This document shows positions 18,563-27,832 of a stretch of 64,000 nucleotides of DNA, one piece after another. Under the pieces are notes generated by a model. It was not told where the DNA came from. It saw only the letters and a list, made by a program, of their open reading frames with translations, and made no database searches. Within the stretch, counting starts at the first letter, position 1; every line of letters begins with the position of its first letter. A program made the position numbers and the translations under genes. The stretch is from the NCBI GenBank assembly GCA_965220745.1, contig CBDCQT010000007.1, positions 192,001-256,000 on the forward strand, read 5' to 3'. This DNA is from Alphaproteobacteria bacterium. Lineage in GTDB: Bacteria; Pseudomonadota; Alphaproteobacteria; UBA828.

Positions 18563-21500
18563 ATGAACCTCATAAGGCTGGCCATCGACCGGCCAATCGC
18601 GGTCGTCGCGGCGATTCTGATGGTGGTCATGTTCGGCCTCGTCGCGCTGCAGACGATCCCGATCCAGCTCACGCCCGATGTCCGCAAGCCGGTCCTCACT
18701 GTCGAAACCTTCTGGCCCGGCGCAGCGCCCGCCGAGGTCGAGCGCGAGATCATCACCCAGCAGGAGGAGGTGTTCAAAGGCCTCGAAGGGCTGAACCGCA
18801 TGATCGGCTCCGCCGACGACGGCGTGGGCGAGATCGAGTTGGAGTTCGCCGTCGGCACCGATATGGACCGGTCGCTCGTGCTGGTCGCCAACAGGTTGGA
18901 CCGGGTGCCCGACAAGCCGAACGATGCCGCCGAGCCGGTGATCAGCTCAGCCGGCTCCGAAGACCAGCCGATTGCGTGGTTCATCCTCTCACGCCAACCC
19001 GGCAACGAGCGCGCAATCCACACCTACGGCGACTTCGTCGAGGACGTGATCCAGGAGCGTCTGGAGCGTGTGCAAGGCGTGGCGCGCGTCAACATGTTCG
19101 GCGGCACCAAGCGGGAGCTCCGCATCACCGTCGATCCCGAACGCATGGCTCGCTACGGCCTCACTGTGACCGAAATCGCGGACGCGCTGCGACGCTCAAA
19201 CGCCTCGATCTCCGCCGGCGATGTCGAGGAGGGCAAGCGCCGCTACGTGGTGCGCACCGACGGCGAGCTCAACACGCCCGAGCGGGTCGCCGGCGTCGTG
19301 CTGCGCTCAGAGAGCGACCCTCTCTCGGGCCGGCTCGGCCGGGTCACGATGGGCGACATCGCCTCAGTCGCTTATCGCTACAAGGAGCCCGTCGCGCGCA
19401 TCCGCCTGTTGGGCGAGCCCGCGCTGGCCGTCAATGCGGTGCGCGAGACCGGCGCCAACGTGATCGAGACCATGGCGGGCGTAAAGGAGGCCGTGGCGGA
19501 ACTGAATGCCGCGGCGATTCCGCAGGCGGGGCTCGTCTTCGAACAGGTCTACGATGAAACCGTCTACATCAATTCTGCCATCGATCTGGTGCAGCAGAAC
19601 ATTTTCGTCGGTGGCGCGCTGGCCGCGCTGATCCTGCTGCTGTTCCTGCGCTCTTTCTCCGCGACCCTGATCGTTTCGATCGCAATTCCGGTCTCGGTCG
19701 TGGGCTCGTTCGTGGCGATGGCGCTTCTCGGGCGCTCGATCAACGTGATCTCGCTCGCGGGCCTCGCCTTCGCCGTCGGCATGGTGGTGGATGCGGCGAT
19801 CGTGGTGCTGGAGAACATCTACCGGCTCAGGCAGAGCGGTTACGGGCGCCTCCAGGCCGCCTATCACGGCGCGCGGCAGGTCTGGGGCGCGGTGTTCGTC
19901 TCGGCCGCGACCACGGTGCTCGTCTTCGTGCCGATTCTGGTCATGGAGCTGGAAGCCGGCCAGTTGTTCCGTGACATCGCCGTGGCGATCTCGGTTTCGG
20001 TCGTCCTGTCGCTGATCGTGGCGAGCACCGTGATCCCCTCGCTTGCGAGCCGAATCCTCGGGCGCAGACGCAGGAAAGACCGCGGCGCCTCCGCGTCCCT
20101 TGCCGCTACGGAGGAAGCGCCTTACCGGCTTCGCCTGCCCATCATCGACGATTTTGCCGCGCTGTTCGTGCGCGTCGTCCTGGCCTTCACCGGATGGGTT
20201 GTGCGCCGCCGGTTGCGTGCCGCCGGCGTGGCGATCGTGGTCTGCGGCGGCGCTCTTTTCGTATCGTGGCTGCTGCTGCCCCGACTCGACTATCTGCCGA
20301 CCGGCAACCGCAACCTGGTGTTCGGCGTCCTCCTGCCGCCGCCGGGCTACAACCTCGAAACCACGCTCGGCATCGCGCGCTCGGTGGAGGACGCGGTGCG
20401 CCCTCTCTGGGAGTCTGAGACGGGGCCGGACGCCCAGCCGGGTGAGCCTCCGAAGATGGAGCGCTTCTTCTTCGTGACATTCCGCGATCAGGCCTTCGTG
20501 GGTGCGGTTGCGGTCGAGGCCGATCGGGCCGGTGAGTTGATTGACCCGATCCGCACCCCGGTATTCTTCGAGCCGGGCACCTTCGGCTTCGTCAGCCAGG
20601 CGTCGTTGTTCGGCCGAGGGATCGGCGGGGGACGCAAGATCGACGTGGATATCTCGGGCCCGAACCTGGAGACCGTGCTCGGAGTTGCGCTGCAGGCGAC
20701 CGGCCTCGTGGCCCAGGCGCTGCCCTTCGACCAGGGCAATCAGTTCCGCCCCAAACCCGGCCTGGAGCTCGGCGCGCCGGAGGTGCGCCTGCTGCCCGAC
20801 CCCATCAAGCTCGGCGACAACGGGGTCTCCGCGCGCGAACTCGGGGCCACGATCGAGGCTTACAACGACGGCCTCAAAGTGGATGAGGTGACCATCGATG
20901 CCAAGCGGTTCGACCTGATTCTGGCGGGACCCGACGCCAACGTCGACCGCACGCAGGGCATCGAGAACCTGCCGGTGGTCACGAGGGCGGGCGCCATCGT
21001 GCCGGCCAGTTCGCTTGCCGATATCGTGGTCACGGCGGGACCGACCAAGATTCGCCACGTCGAACGCGAGCGCACCATCACCCTGGAAGTCCGCCCCGCC
21101 GCGGATATACCGCTCGAGATTGCGCTGGAGAGGCTGGAGACGGGCGTCGTTCAGGCGTTGGAGGGACGCGGGCTGCCGCCGGGAGTGAAGATCAGGCTGT
21201 CCGGCACCGCCGACGACCTCGAAGCCACGTGGGACGCGATGGCGATCAATCTGGTGGTCGCCATCGCGATCGTCTACCTCATCATGGCCGTGCTCTTCGA
21301 GAGCTTCGTCTATCCCTTCGTCATCATGCTCTCGGTGCCGCTCGCCGCCGCAGGCGGGGTGTTGGGGCTTGCTGCGGTCAACACCTATACGTTCCAGCCG
21401 CTCGACATGCTGACGCTGCTCGGCTTCGTCATATTGGTGGGCATCGTCGTCAACAACGCCATCCTGCTCGTCCACCAGACCCTGTTTCACATGCGGGAGG

Positions 21501-21802
21501 AGCAGATGGCGGTCGCGGACGCCATCCTCTCGGCGACCAGGAACCGCATCCGGCCGATCTTCATGTCGACGCTCACCAGTGTGTTCGGCATGTTGCCGCT
21601 GGTGCTGTTCCCGGGCGCGGGCTCGGAGCTCTACCGGGGGCTCGGCTCGGTGGTGATCGGCGGTCTCGCGCTCTCCGCCGTGCTCACGCTGTTGATCGTC
21701 CCGCCGCTGCTGGCGGTGGTCGCAACCCGTCAGCAGCGCAAGCGCGAGAGGCTGGGCGCGGCCCTGGATGGACCCGCGCCGCGCGGGACCAGCGCGGAGT
21801 GA
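18563..21802 (+). CDS. RND efflux transporter permease (AcrB/AcrD/AcrF family)
   Basis: 1079 aa; GMVVDAAIVVLENI, GIVVNNAIL, RIRPIFMSTLTSVFG. Confidence 0.93.
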   Translation: MNLIRLAIDRPIAVVAAILMVVMFGLVALQTIPIQLTPDVRKPVLTVETFWPGAAPAEVEREIITQQEEVFKGLEGLNRMIGSADDGVGEIELEFAVGTDMDRSLVLVANRLDRVPDKPNDAAEPVISSAGSEDQPIAWFILSRQPGNERAIHTYGDFVEDVIQERLERVQGVARVNMFGGTKRELRITVDPERMARYGLTVTEIADALRRSNASISAGDVEEGKRRYVVRTDGELNTPERVAGVVLRSESDPLSGRLGRVTMGDIASVAYRYKEPVARIRLLGEPALAVNAVRETGANVIETMAGVKEAVAELNAAAIPQAGLVFEQVYDETVYINSAIDLVQQNIFVGGALAALILLLFLRSFSATLIVSIAIPVSVVGSFVAMALLGRSINVISLAGLAFAVGMVVDAAIVVLENIYRLRQSGYGRLQAAYHGARQVWGAVFVSAATTVLVFVPILVMELEAGQLFRDIAVAISVSVVLSLIVASTVIPSLASRILGRRRRKDRGASASLAATEEAPYRLRLPIIDDFAALFVRVVLAFTGWVVRRRLRAAGVAIVVCGGALFVSWLLLPRLDYLPTGNRNLVFGVLLPPPGYNLETTLGIARSVEDAVRPLWESETGPDAQPGEPPKMERFFFVTFRDQAFVGAVAVEADRAGELIDPIRTPVFFEPGTFGFVSQASLFGRGIGGGRKIDVDISGPNLETVLGVALQATGLVAQALPFDQGNQFRPKPGLELGAPEVRLLPDPIKLGDNGVSARELGATIEAYNDGLKVDEVTIDAKRFDLILAGPDANVDRTQGIENLPVVTRAGAIVPASSLADIVVTAGPTKIRHVERERTITLEVRPAADIPLEIALERLETGVVQALEGRGLPPGVKIRLSGTADDLEATWDAMAINLVVAIAIVYLIMAVLFESFVYPFVIMLSVPLAAAGGVLGLAAVNTYTFQPLDMLTLLGFVILVGIVVNNAILLVHQTLFHMREEQMAVADAILSATRNRIRPIFMSTLTSVFGMLPLVLFPGAGSELYRGLGSVVIGGLALSAVLTLLIVPPLLAVVATRQQRKRERLGAALDGPAPRGTSAE

Positions 21803-22512
21803 GAGCAAGGACCACCGCGCCGCTCCACGCGTGGGACCTGTCGCCGAAGGACGCCATCGCGCTGCAGAAGGCGCTTGCCGGCGCTGTGGTCCGCTCGGAC
21901 CGCTTCGGCCCCGGCGGGCGCCGGGCGATCAAGCGGGTGGCGGGGGTCGATGCCGCCTTCGCCGATGGCGGGCGCACGATCCGGGCAGCGGTTGTGATGC
22001 TGACCTATCCCGGGCTGGACGTGACGGACCAGATTCTGATCGAGTGCCCGACGACCTTCCCTTACGTGCCGGGGCTGCTCTCCTTCCGCGAGGTGCCGGC
22101 CTTGCTGGAGGCGCTGGAACAGCTCCCCGCTTCGCCCGACCTGATCCTCTGTGACGGACACGGGTACGCCCATCCGCGCCGCTTTGGGCTCGCCTGCCAC
22201 TTGGGCCTATGGCTGGATGTGCCCACCATCGGAGTGGCGAAGTCACGGCTCACCGGCTCTCACGACGAGCCCGGCCCGGCCAAGGGCGATGTTGCGTGGC
22301 TGCGCGCCGACAAGGGCTTACGGCCAGGTGAGCGCCTCGGTGCCGTCCTGCGAACCCGCGAGCGGGTGAAGCCGGTCTACGTCTCGGCCGGGCACCGGAT
22401 TTCGCTGAAGACCGCGGTGACGTTGACCCTCGGATGCGCCACGCGCTATCGGCTGCCCGAGCCCACGCGGCTAGCCGACAAGCTCTCCAAGGCGCACCGG
22501 ACCGGGAGTTGA
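21799..22512 (+). CDS. nfi: endonuclease V (deoxyinosine 3' endonuclease)
   Basis: GVD, FPYVPGLLSFRE, DGHGYAHPRRFGLACHLG, PTIGVAKS, YRLPEPTRLAD; GTG start overlapping the RND stop. Confidence 0.93.
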   Translation: MRARTTAPLHAWDLSPKDAIALQKALAGAVVRSDRFGPGGRRAIKRVAGVDAAFADGGRTIRAAVVMLTYPGLDVTDQILIECPTTFPYVPGLLSFREVPALLEALEQLPASPDLILCDGHGYAHPRRFGLACHLGLWLDVPTIGVAKSRLTGSHDEPGPAKGDVAWLRADKGLRPGERLGAVLRTRERVKPVYVSAGHRISLKTAVTLTLGCATRYRLPEPTRLADKLSKAHRTGS

Positions 22513-22627
22513 CGAAGCTACGCGGAAAGTTTTGGGCCGGCGCGTGGACGCACGGCTGCGAACTACACGAGATCGTCTTGGTCCAGTATTCTGCCGCTGC
22601 CTCACGATGCTGCTCGAGGAGCTCAGC

Positions 22628-22870
22628 ATGTCTATGGTAGACGACCCGGAGGTCCGCGATCGCATCCACATCGATGCTTCGATCTGCGGCGGACGGCCGC
22701 ATGTGCGTGGCACGCGTGTCAGGGTGGCCGACATCCTGGAGCTGTTAGCTGAAGGTGTGTCGAAGGAGGAGATTCTCGCCGACTATCCATACCTCAGTGA
22801 AGCTGACCTGAGAGCAGCCCTGGCCTATGGTGCGGCTGCAAGTGCGCATCGTATCATTCTCGCCGCCTGA
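22628..22870 (+). CDS. DUF433 family protein, putative antitoxin
   Basis: RIHIDASICGGRPHVRGTRVRVADIL...EEILADYPYLSEADLRAALAY; RBS GAGGAG. Confidence 0.9.
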   Translation: MSMVDDPEVRDRIHIDASICGGRPHVRGTRVRVADILELLAEGVSKEEILADYPYLSEADLRAALAYGAAASAHRIILAA

Positions 22871-22872
22871 CA

Positions 22873-23199
22873 GTGCTATTCCTGGTCGACGCGCAGTTGC
22901 CCCCTGGCCTGGCCCGATGGCTTTCCGAGAACGGCTATCCCTCCAAGCATATCGATGATCTCGGCCTGCGCGCCGCCTCCGACGACGTGATTGAAGCCAA
23001 AGCACGAGAGTTGGGGGCAGTCATCTGGTCGAAAGATGCCGATTTTGCCGAGCGAGCGCGGCACTCTCAAGGATTGCAGGTGGTCTGGCTGCGCTTCGGC
23101 AACACGGCCAATGCCTCGCTTCGGGCCAAGCTGTCACCGTATCTGCGGACCATTGAATCCGCTCTCAAGGAAGGCGATGTCCTCGTCGAAGTTCGTTGA
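22873..23199 (+). CDS. DUF5615 PIN-like protein, putative toxin
   Basis: FLVDAQLP, ASDDVI, SKDADF, VVWLRFGN; 2 bp after the DUF433 gene. Confidence 0.87.
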   Translation: MLFLVDAQLPPGLARWLSENGYPSKHIDDLGLRAASDDVIEAKARELGAVIWSKDADFAERARHSQGLQVVWLRFGNTANASLRAKLSPYLRTIESALKEGDVLVEVR

Positions 23200-23291
23200 T
23201 CTGCACGAGAACCCAATGCCCAACTGATTCGAAACGCTTTCAGGGGTGGTTCGTTTTTGCAGCCAACGCCATTCCCTGAACCGGGACTCGA

Positions 23292-23528
23292 TCAGGCGCG
23301 ATTCTCATCCTGTGCCGTGGCGGTAACGGACTCGTCCGAGGCACCGTCGGGAAGGTCCGCAGCTTCATCGACGGCTTCGCCTGCCTCGCCGTCGGCCAGC
23401 TCGCCGGCTTTCTCCCGCCGTCTCTGCTCCGCCCGCTCGGCCTTCAGCTTGGCTCGCTCGGCCTTTCTCGCGGCCTTGTTGCGCTCGCGTTCGAGACGGG
23501 CAAAGCGATAGTTGGGCTTGCGTGCCAT
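23292..23528 (-). CDS. small hypothetical protein (basic helix plus acidic tail)
   Basis: MARKPNYRFARLERERNKAARK start resembles a small alphaproteobacterial family; AGGA upstream. Confidence 0.65.
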   Translation of the reverse strand: MARKPNYRFARLERERNKAARKAERAKLKAERAEQRRREKAGELADGEAGEAVDEAADLPDGASDESVTATAQDENRA

Positions 23529-23621
23529 TCCGTTCCTATTGGCTTGGCGAGCGCGCCCGCGGGGCGCGCCCGTTTGACCTCGCGCCGCCGATACTCCCGG
23601 CGACGGGTAACGTTGACTCGC

Positions 23622-23641
23622 CCGGCAGCGTTCGCTGCCGG
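23622..23641 (-). terminator. hairpin downstream of the csp gene
   Basis: CCGGCAGC-GTTC-GCTGCCGG 8-bp stem; second hairpin AGTCCC-GCC-GGGACT at 23656-23670; no U tract. Confidence 0.3.
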
Positions 23642-23669
23642 TGCTTGATGGGGGGAGTCCCGCCGGGAC

Positions 23670-23879
23670 TTAGTCGAGAACGACCAGGTTCTCCGCCGAC
23701 GCCCTGCCGTCGCGCCCCGGTGTCAGCTCGTACTCGACCTTCTGGCCTTCGCGCAAATTGGTGAGTCCCGCCCGCTCGACAGCGGAGATATGGACGAATG
23801 CGTCCTTGGACCCGTCGCTCGGCTGAATGAAGCCGTAGCCTTTGACCGAGTTGAACCACTTCACCGTTCCAGTCGCCAT
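23670..23879 (-). CDS. csp: cold-shock protein (CspA family)
   Basis: MATGTVKWFN, RNP1 KGYGFI, RNP2 AFVH, 69 aa; RBS AAGGAG. Confidence 0.95.
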   Translation of the reverse strand: MATGTVKWFNSVKGYGFIQPSDGSKDAFVHISAVERAGLTNLREGQKVEYELTPGRDGRASAENLVVLD

Positions 23880-24091
23880 GACTACTCCTTTCACAAAGTT
23901 TAGCGCCCGCGCCGCGCTGGGCGGCATCGCGGGTATTAGAGGCGCAGCGTGTCTCTAGAGTAGCTTGGCCCGGCTGGAGCCAGTCAGCGAGATACATCAA
24001 GGTCACGTGCAACCGACCGGCCCCTTGTTGGTCCATTGTCGCGCGCTTTGCAAGGGGATTTCGCGTCTTGCCATCAGCGCGAGGGCAGGCC

Positions 24092-25753
24092 TTAGTTCCC
24101 TTTCGGCAGCAGCTTGAACGCCCATTTGACCGTGGTGGAGTCCTCGATTGGGCCGGTCAGCGCGACCTGCGAGGTGCGTCGCCGGGTGACGCCGTCTCCA
24201 GCGTAGACGCTCTCGTCGATGCTGATGGACGCGCCGGCGCCGCGCATCTGCCATATCGCGCCGCTGGGGAGCCGCAGGAGGACGGCCCGCCGATCCTCGG
24301 TCATCGCGCAAGTCACCTCGGGATGCAGGTGGAAGCGCAAAGCGAATTCCCGGCCTCGTTGTCGGCGTCGCCTGATATGCGAGAGCGTATCCTCACCGCG
24401 CACATCGGCGCCTTCGTGGCCCGCGTAGAGCCTGCGCTTGTGGATCAGGCCGAGCGTGTCGAGGTAACCGTCGTGGCTGGAGTCGATCCAGGTCGCGCCG
24501 TCCTGATCGCGCCGCTCGACCTTCACAGTGGTCGGACCGTCCGAAATCGCGCCGTCCTCGCCGAGGGTCGCGGAGTTGGTATCGTCGACCACGAGCGTGC
24601 TGTGGGCCGCGGTGCCGCGCAGCGCCTCGCGCCATCCGGCGTTGCCGCCGCGCCAGCCGCCGCAGTTCACGATGAGGCGCTCTCGGCCTGCACTCATCTC
24701 GAAGCTCAACGTGCCGGCGTGGGCCCAGCGCCCGGTGGTCGACGGCGCGCCTGTATCCGCGATCAGGGTAGAGTGTCTGCCCTCGACGCGCCGGAATCCC
24801 ATATAGGGTGCGTCGAGGGGGGTGGTTTCGCTACCGGCCGCCGCCCGGCTGAGGGCGAGGTCGATCGGTCCCCGTTTCTCCTCGACACTGCCGTTGAAGA
24901 GAGCGAAGCCACCGTCGCCGTGGCGGAACGTGCGGAGTGTCGTCGCGAGCCGGGCGATCGCCTCCGAGAGCGCCTGCCCCGCCGGATGCTCGCTCGCGTC
25001 GAGGGTCGCGCGCAGTCCCGCGAGGCACCAGATTGCTGCCAGGTGCGTCGACGGATTGCGTTCGACGTAGCCACCGTCGCCGAGCACCTGCTCCGTCAGC
25101 GCCGCCTCGAGGAGCTTCAGGCCCTGGGCGACACGGCGCTCGCCGTCGGGCAGGCATAGCCCGCTTTCGATCAATCCCCGATAAGCGAGCAATCGGGGTA
25201 GCCCTTCGCCGGCGTTGCGGGCGGTCCGCATCAGATGACGAGCCTGAAGATCGAGCGCCTGATGGAAGCGCTGGGTGAGCTCGTCGTCGGCGCCCTGCAA
25301 CAGGAATTCGCCGTGGGCGAGCCAGGCCGAGAGGCGCCGCCCGATAACCTCCGGCGTCCACGCCGCCGTGTTGTCGAGCGAGCGATGCTGCCGCAGCCAG
25401 TCGAGCACCATGGTACGGCCGCGCTCGGCCGCCGGGCTGGTGCCCGCCGCGCGCAAGTCGCGCAGCCAGTCGAAGCCGTGCAGCTCGGCGAGCCAGTAAT
25501 CGCCGGCTTCCCGATGGCGCCAGGGCGTGTCGCCGCGCTCGCCGACCTCGGCGGCGCGGACCGCCTGGCCGCCGAATTCGTAGAGGCCCGCAACGAGCGC
25601 ATCGCCGCGCCCGGCGACGCCGGGCACGGGGTCGATCGAGCGGTGCACGAGCCGTTGGGTAGCGCCTCGCCGGCGCGATTCGGAGGTGCGACTGCGGAAC
25701 CAGCGCAGGGCACCAAGAAAGACCGTCGAGGCCTGCCCGTCGCTCGCGCCCAT
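24092..25753 (-). CDS. heparinase II/III family protein
   Basis: ELHGFDWLRDL, DGGYVERNP, RHGDGGFALFNG, AHAGTLSFE, LIVNCG, AHSTL, SHDGY, RFHLHP; usual position after rsmB/rpe; start uncertain. Confidence 0.85.
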   Translation of the reverse strand: MGASDGQASTVFLGALRWFRSRTSESRRRGATQRLVHRSIDPVPGVAGRGDALVAGLYEFGGQAVRAAEVGERGDTPWRHREAGDYWLAELHGFDWLRDLRAAGTSPAAERGRTMVLDWLRQHRSLDNTAAWTPEVIGRRLSAWLAHGEFLLQGADDELTQRFHQALDLQARHLMRTARNAGEGLPRLLAYRGLIESGLCLPDGERRVAQGLKLLEAALTEQVLGDGGYVERNPSTHLAAIWCLAGLRATLDASEHPAGQALSEAIARLATTLRTFRHGDGGFALFNGSVEEKRGPIDLALSRAAAGSETTPLDAPYMGFRRVEGRHSTLIADTGAPSTTGRWAHAGTLSFEMSAGRERLIVNCGGWRGGNAGWREALRGTAAHSTLVVDDTNSATLGEDGAISDGPTTVKVERRDQDGATWIDSSHDGYLDTLGLIHKRRLYAGHEGADVRGEDTLSHIRRRRQRGREFALRFHLHPEVTCAMTEDRRAVLLRLPSGAIWQMRGAGASISIDESVYAGDGVTRRRTSQVALTGPIEDSTTVKWAFKLLPKGN

Positions 25754-25767
25754 GGGGCCGGGTGGGG

Positions 25768-26499
25768 TTAGGAGGTCGCCGCGCCGATTGCGCGCGGCCC
25801 CGTCCGGGCGCCGCGTGACGCCGTTCGTCCCGCCTCCCCAGCTGCCCTCAGTCGCGCGACATTGCCGGGATACTCGGCCTGGCCGCCGGCAAAGCTTGCG
25901 GAGCCCGCGACCAGCACATCGGCGCCGGCGCGTGAGGCAAGGCCGGCCGTATGCTCGTCGATTCCGCCATCGACAGAGAGGTCGATGGCGCGCCCGCTTG
26001 CGTCGATGAGCGCCCTGAGTTGTTCGATCTTGGCTAGCTGACTTGGAATGAACCGCTGGCCGCCGAATCCCGGGTTGACGGACATCACCAGAACGAGATC
26101 GACATCGCCGAGCACAGGCTCGACCGCGTGAGCCGGTGTCGCCGGATTGAGCGCGACCCCGGCCCGTTTGCCCGTGCTCTTGATGCGCTGGAGCGTGCGG
26201 TGCAAGTGGGCGCCCGCCTCGACGTGAACGGTGATGCTGTCGGCGCCGGCCTCGGCAAACGGCTCGATGTAGGAATCGACCGGCGAGACCATCAAATGCA
26301 CGTCGAAGGGCAGCGTGCTGTGGGGTCTGAGCGCCGCGACGACGCCCGCGCCGATGGTCAGGTTGGGCACGAAATGCCCGTCCATCACATCGACGTGCAG
26401 CCAGTCCGCACCGGCGTCTGAGACCGCCCGCACCTCCTCGCCAAGGCACGAAAAGTCGGCCGCCAGAACGGACGCTGCGATCCGGAGCTCCTGCTGCAT
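25768..26499 (-). CDS. rpe: ribulose-phosphate 3-epimerase
   Basis: HVDVMDGHFVPNLT, DVHLM, MSVNPGFGGQ, VDGG. Confidence 0.95.
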   Translation of the reverse strand: MQQELRIAASVLAADFSCLGEEVRAVSDAGADWLHVDVMDGHFVPNLTIGAGVVAALRPHSTLPFDVHLMVSPVDSYIEPFAEAGADSITVHVEAGAHLHRTLQRIKSTGKRAGVALNPATPAHAVEPVLGDVDLVLVMSVNPGFGGQRFIPSQLAKIEQLRALIDASGRAIDLSVDGGIDEHTAGLASRAGADVLVAGSASFAGGQAEYPGNVARLRAAGEAGRTASRGARTGPRAIGAATS

Positions 26500-26518
26500 G
26501 GCGAGGTCTGGTACCAGC

Positions 26519-27832
26519 TTAGGGAAGGTGCCGCAAGCGTGCGGCATAGAAACCGTCCATTCCGCCCTGCTCCGCCCAATGGCACGGCAAGGTGCGCAGA
26601 TCGCCGGCCGTGGTGACGGCTTCAGGAAGGCCCGGCAGCTCGTCCGCGCGCACCGGAAAGCGCGCGAAGCTGGGCGACGCAGCGAGAAATGAGCCCACTT
26701 GGCGCTCGCATTCCTCGGGCTGGAGCGAGCAGCTCACGTAGACCAGCAGGCCCCCCGGCGCCACCATGGCGGCGGCGCACGCGAGCAGGCGTCCTTGCAA
26801 GGCTGCGAGGCGTTCCACGTCGGCGGGGCCGCGAAGGTGCGGGATGTCCGGATGGCGCCGGATGGTCCCGGTTGCGGTGCACGGCGCATCGACGAGCACC
26901 ATGCCCGCCTGTGCCGGCGGCCTCCACTCCAGAGCATCGGCTTCGACGGTCTCGGCTTCGAGGCGGAGCCTGGCGAGGTTCTCCTTGAGCCGGGCGAGAC
27001 GCGGAGCTGAGCGGTCGACGGCGGATACGCGTGCGCCGGCGGCGGCGAGCTGGGCGGTCTTGCCGCCGGGCGCGGCGCCGATCTCCAACACCCGCTTGCC
27101 TGCGACAGCGCCAAGCAGACGAGCCGGCAGCGCCGCCGCCGCATCCTGCACCCACCACTGGCCCGCGTCATAGCCGGCGAGGCGCGTCACGTCGCCGGCG
27201 CCGCGCAGCCGGAGTGTGCCTCCGGGCAGACGCTGCGAGCCAAGTGTGGCACGCAGTGCCTCGACGCGGTCTTCTGCGTCAGAGACCGGCGAGAGGTCGA
27301 GCGGCGGCTCGCCCAGATGGGCCTCGGCGATGACCCGACAGCGAGCCTCGCCATAGGCCGAGCACCAACTCTCCCAGAGCCAGTCGGGGGTATTGAGTCG
27401 GGGCGCGTCGAGCGCCGCGATGGCGCCGTGCTCGCGGCTGGCGCGGCGCAGCACCGCGTTGACCAGCCCGCGATAGGGTGAGAGCCGCGATCCGTGTGCG
27501 AGCGCCACGGTGCTCGCCACCGCCGCGTGCGCGGGCGTTTCGAGGAAGGCGAGTTGGCAGACTCCGAGGCGCAGCAGGTCCTGCACCGCTCCCCGCCGCG
27601 CCGGCAAGGGGCGGTCCATGAGCTTGGCCAGAAAGGCGTCGATCTGGCCGAGGCGGCGGAGCGTGGTGAGCAGCAGCAGGCGCGCGAAGGCAGCATCGCG
27701 CGAGGTGAGCGCATCCAATCCCGGCGCAGCATTGAGTGCTTGGTCGAGCGTGCAGCCCCGGCGCAGGATTGCGCCCAGCGCATGGGCCGCGACGGCGCGC
27801 GCGGCGCGCGGCGGGCTACTGGTCGACGACAA
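26519..27832 (-). CDS. rsmB: 16S rRNA m5C methyltransferase RsmB/Sun
   Basis: NusB-like N-terminus (LVNAVLR), WWVQDAAA, AAPGGKT, DAPCTATGTIRRHPD, SCSL, MDGFY; start estimated at TTG 27832. Confidence 0.9.
   Translation of the reverse strand: MSSTSSPPRAARAVAAHALGAILRRGCTLDQALNAAPGLDALTSRDAAFARLLLLTTLRRLGQIDAFLAKLMDRPLPARRGAVQDLLRLGVCQLAFLETPAHAAVASTVALAHGSRLSPYRGLVNAVLRRASREHGAIAALDAPRLNTPDWLWESWCSAYGEARCRVIAEAHLGEPPLDLSPVSDAEDRVEALRATLGSQRLPGGTLRLRGAGDVTRLAGYDAGQWWVQDAAAALPARLLGAVAGKRVLEIGAAPGGKTAQLAAAGARVSAVDRSAPRLARLKENLARLRLEAETVEADALEWRPPAQAGMVLVDAPCTATGTIRRHPDIPHLRGPADVERLAALQGRLLACAAAMVAPGGLLVYVSCSLQPEECERQVGSFLAASPSFARFPVRADELPGLPEAVTTAGDLRTLPCHWAEQGGMDGFYAARLRHLP

Noticed and set aside
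19364-21808. 814-aa antisense ORF, and similar long ones at 44164-46104, 47993-49825, 39276-41042, 27510-29057 and 15028-16611
   Set aside because: Shadow frames opposite well-supported genes; expected from GC-rich codon bias and no recognisable motifs.
24092-26449. Apparent long N-terminal extensions or fusions in the ORF track (also 12455-13795, 15726-17453, 21229-22512, 50271-51842)
   Set aside because: The extensions overlap neighbouring real genes in other frames; family homology begins at downstream starts.
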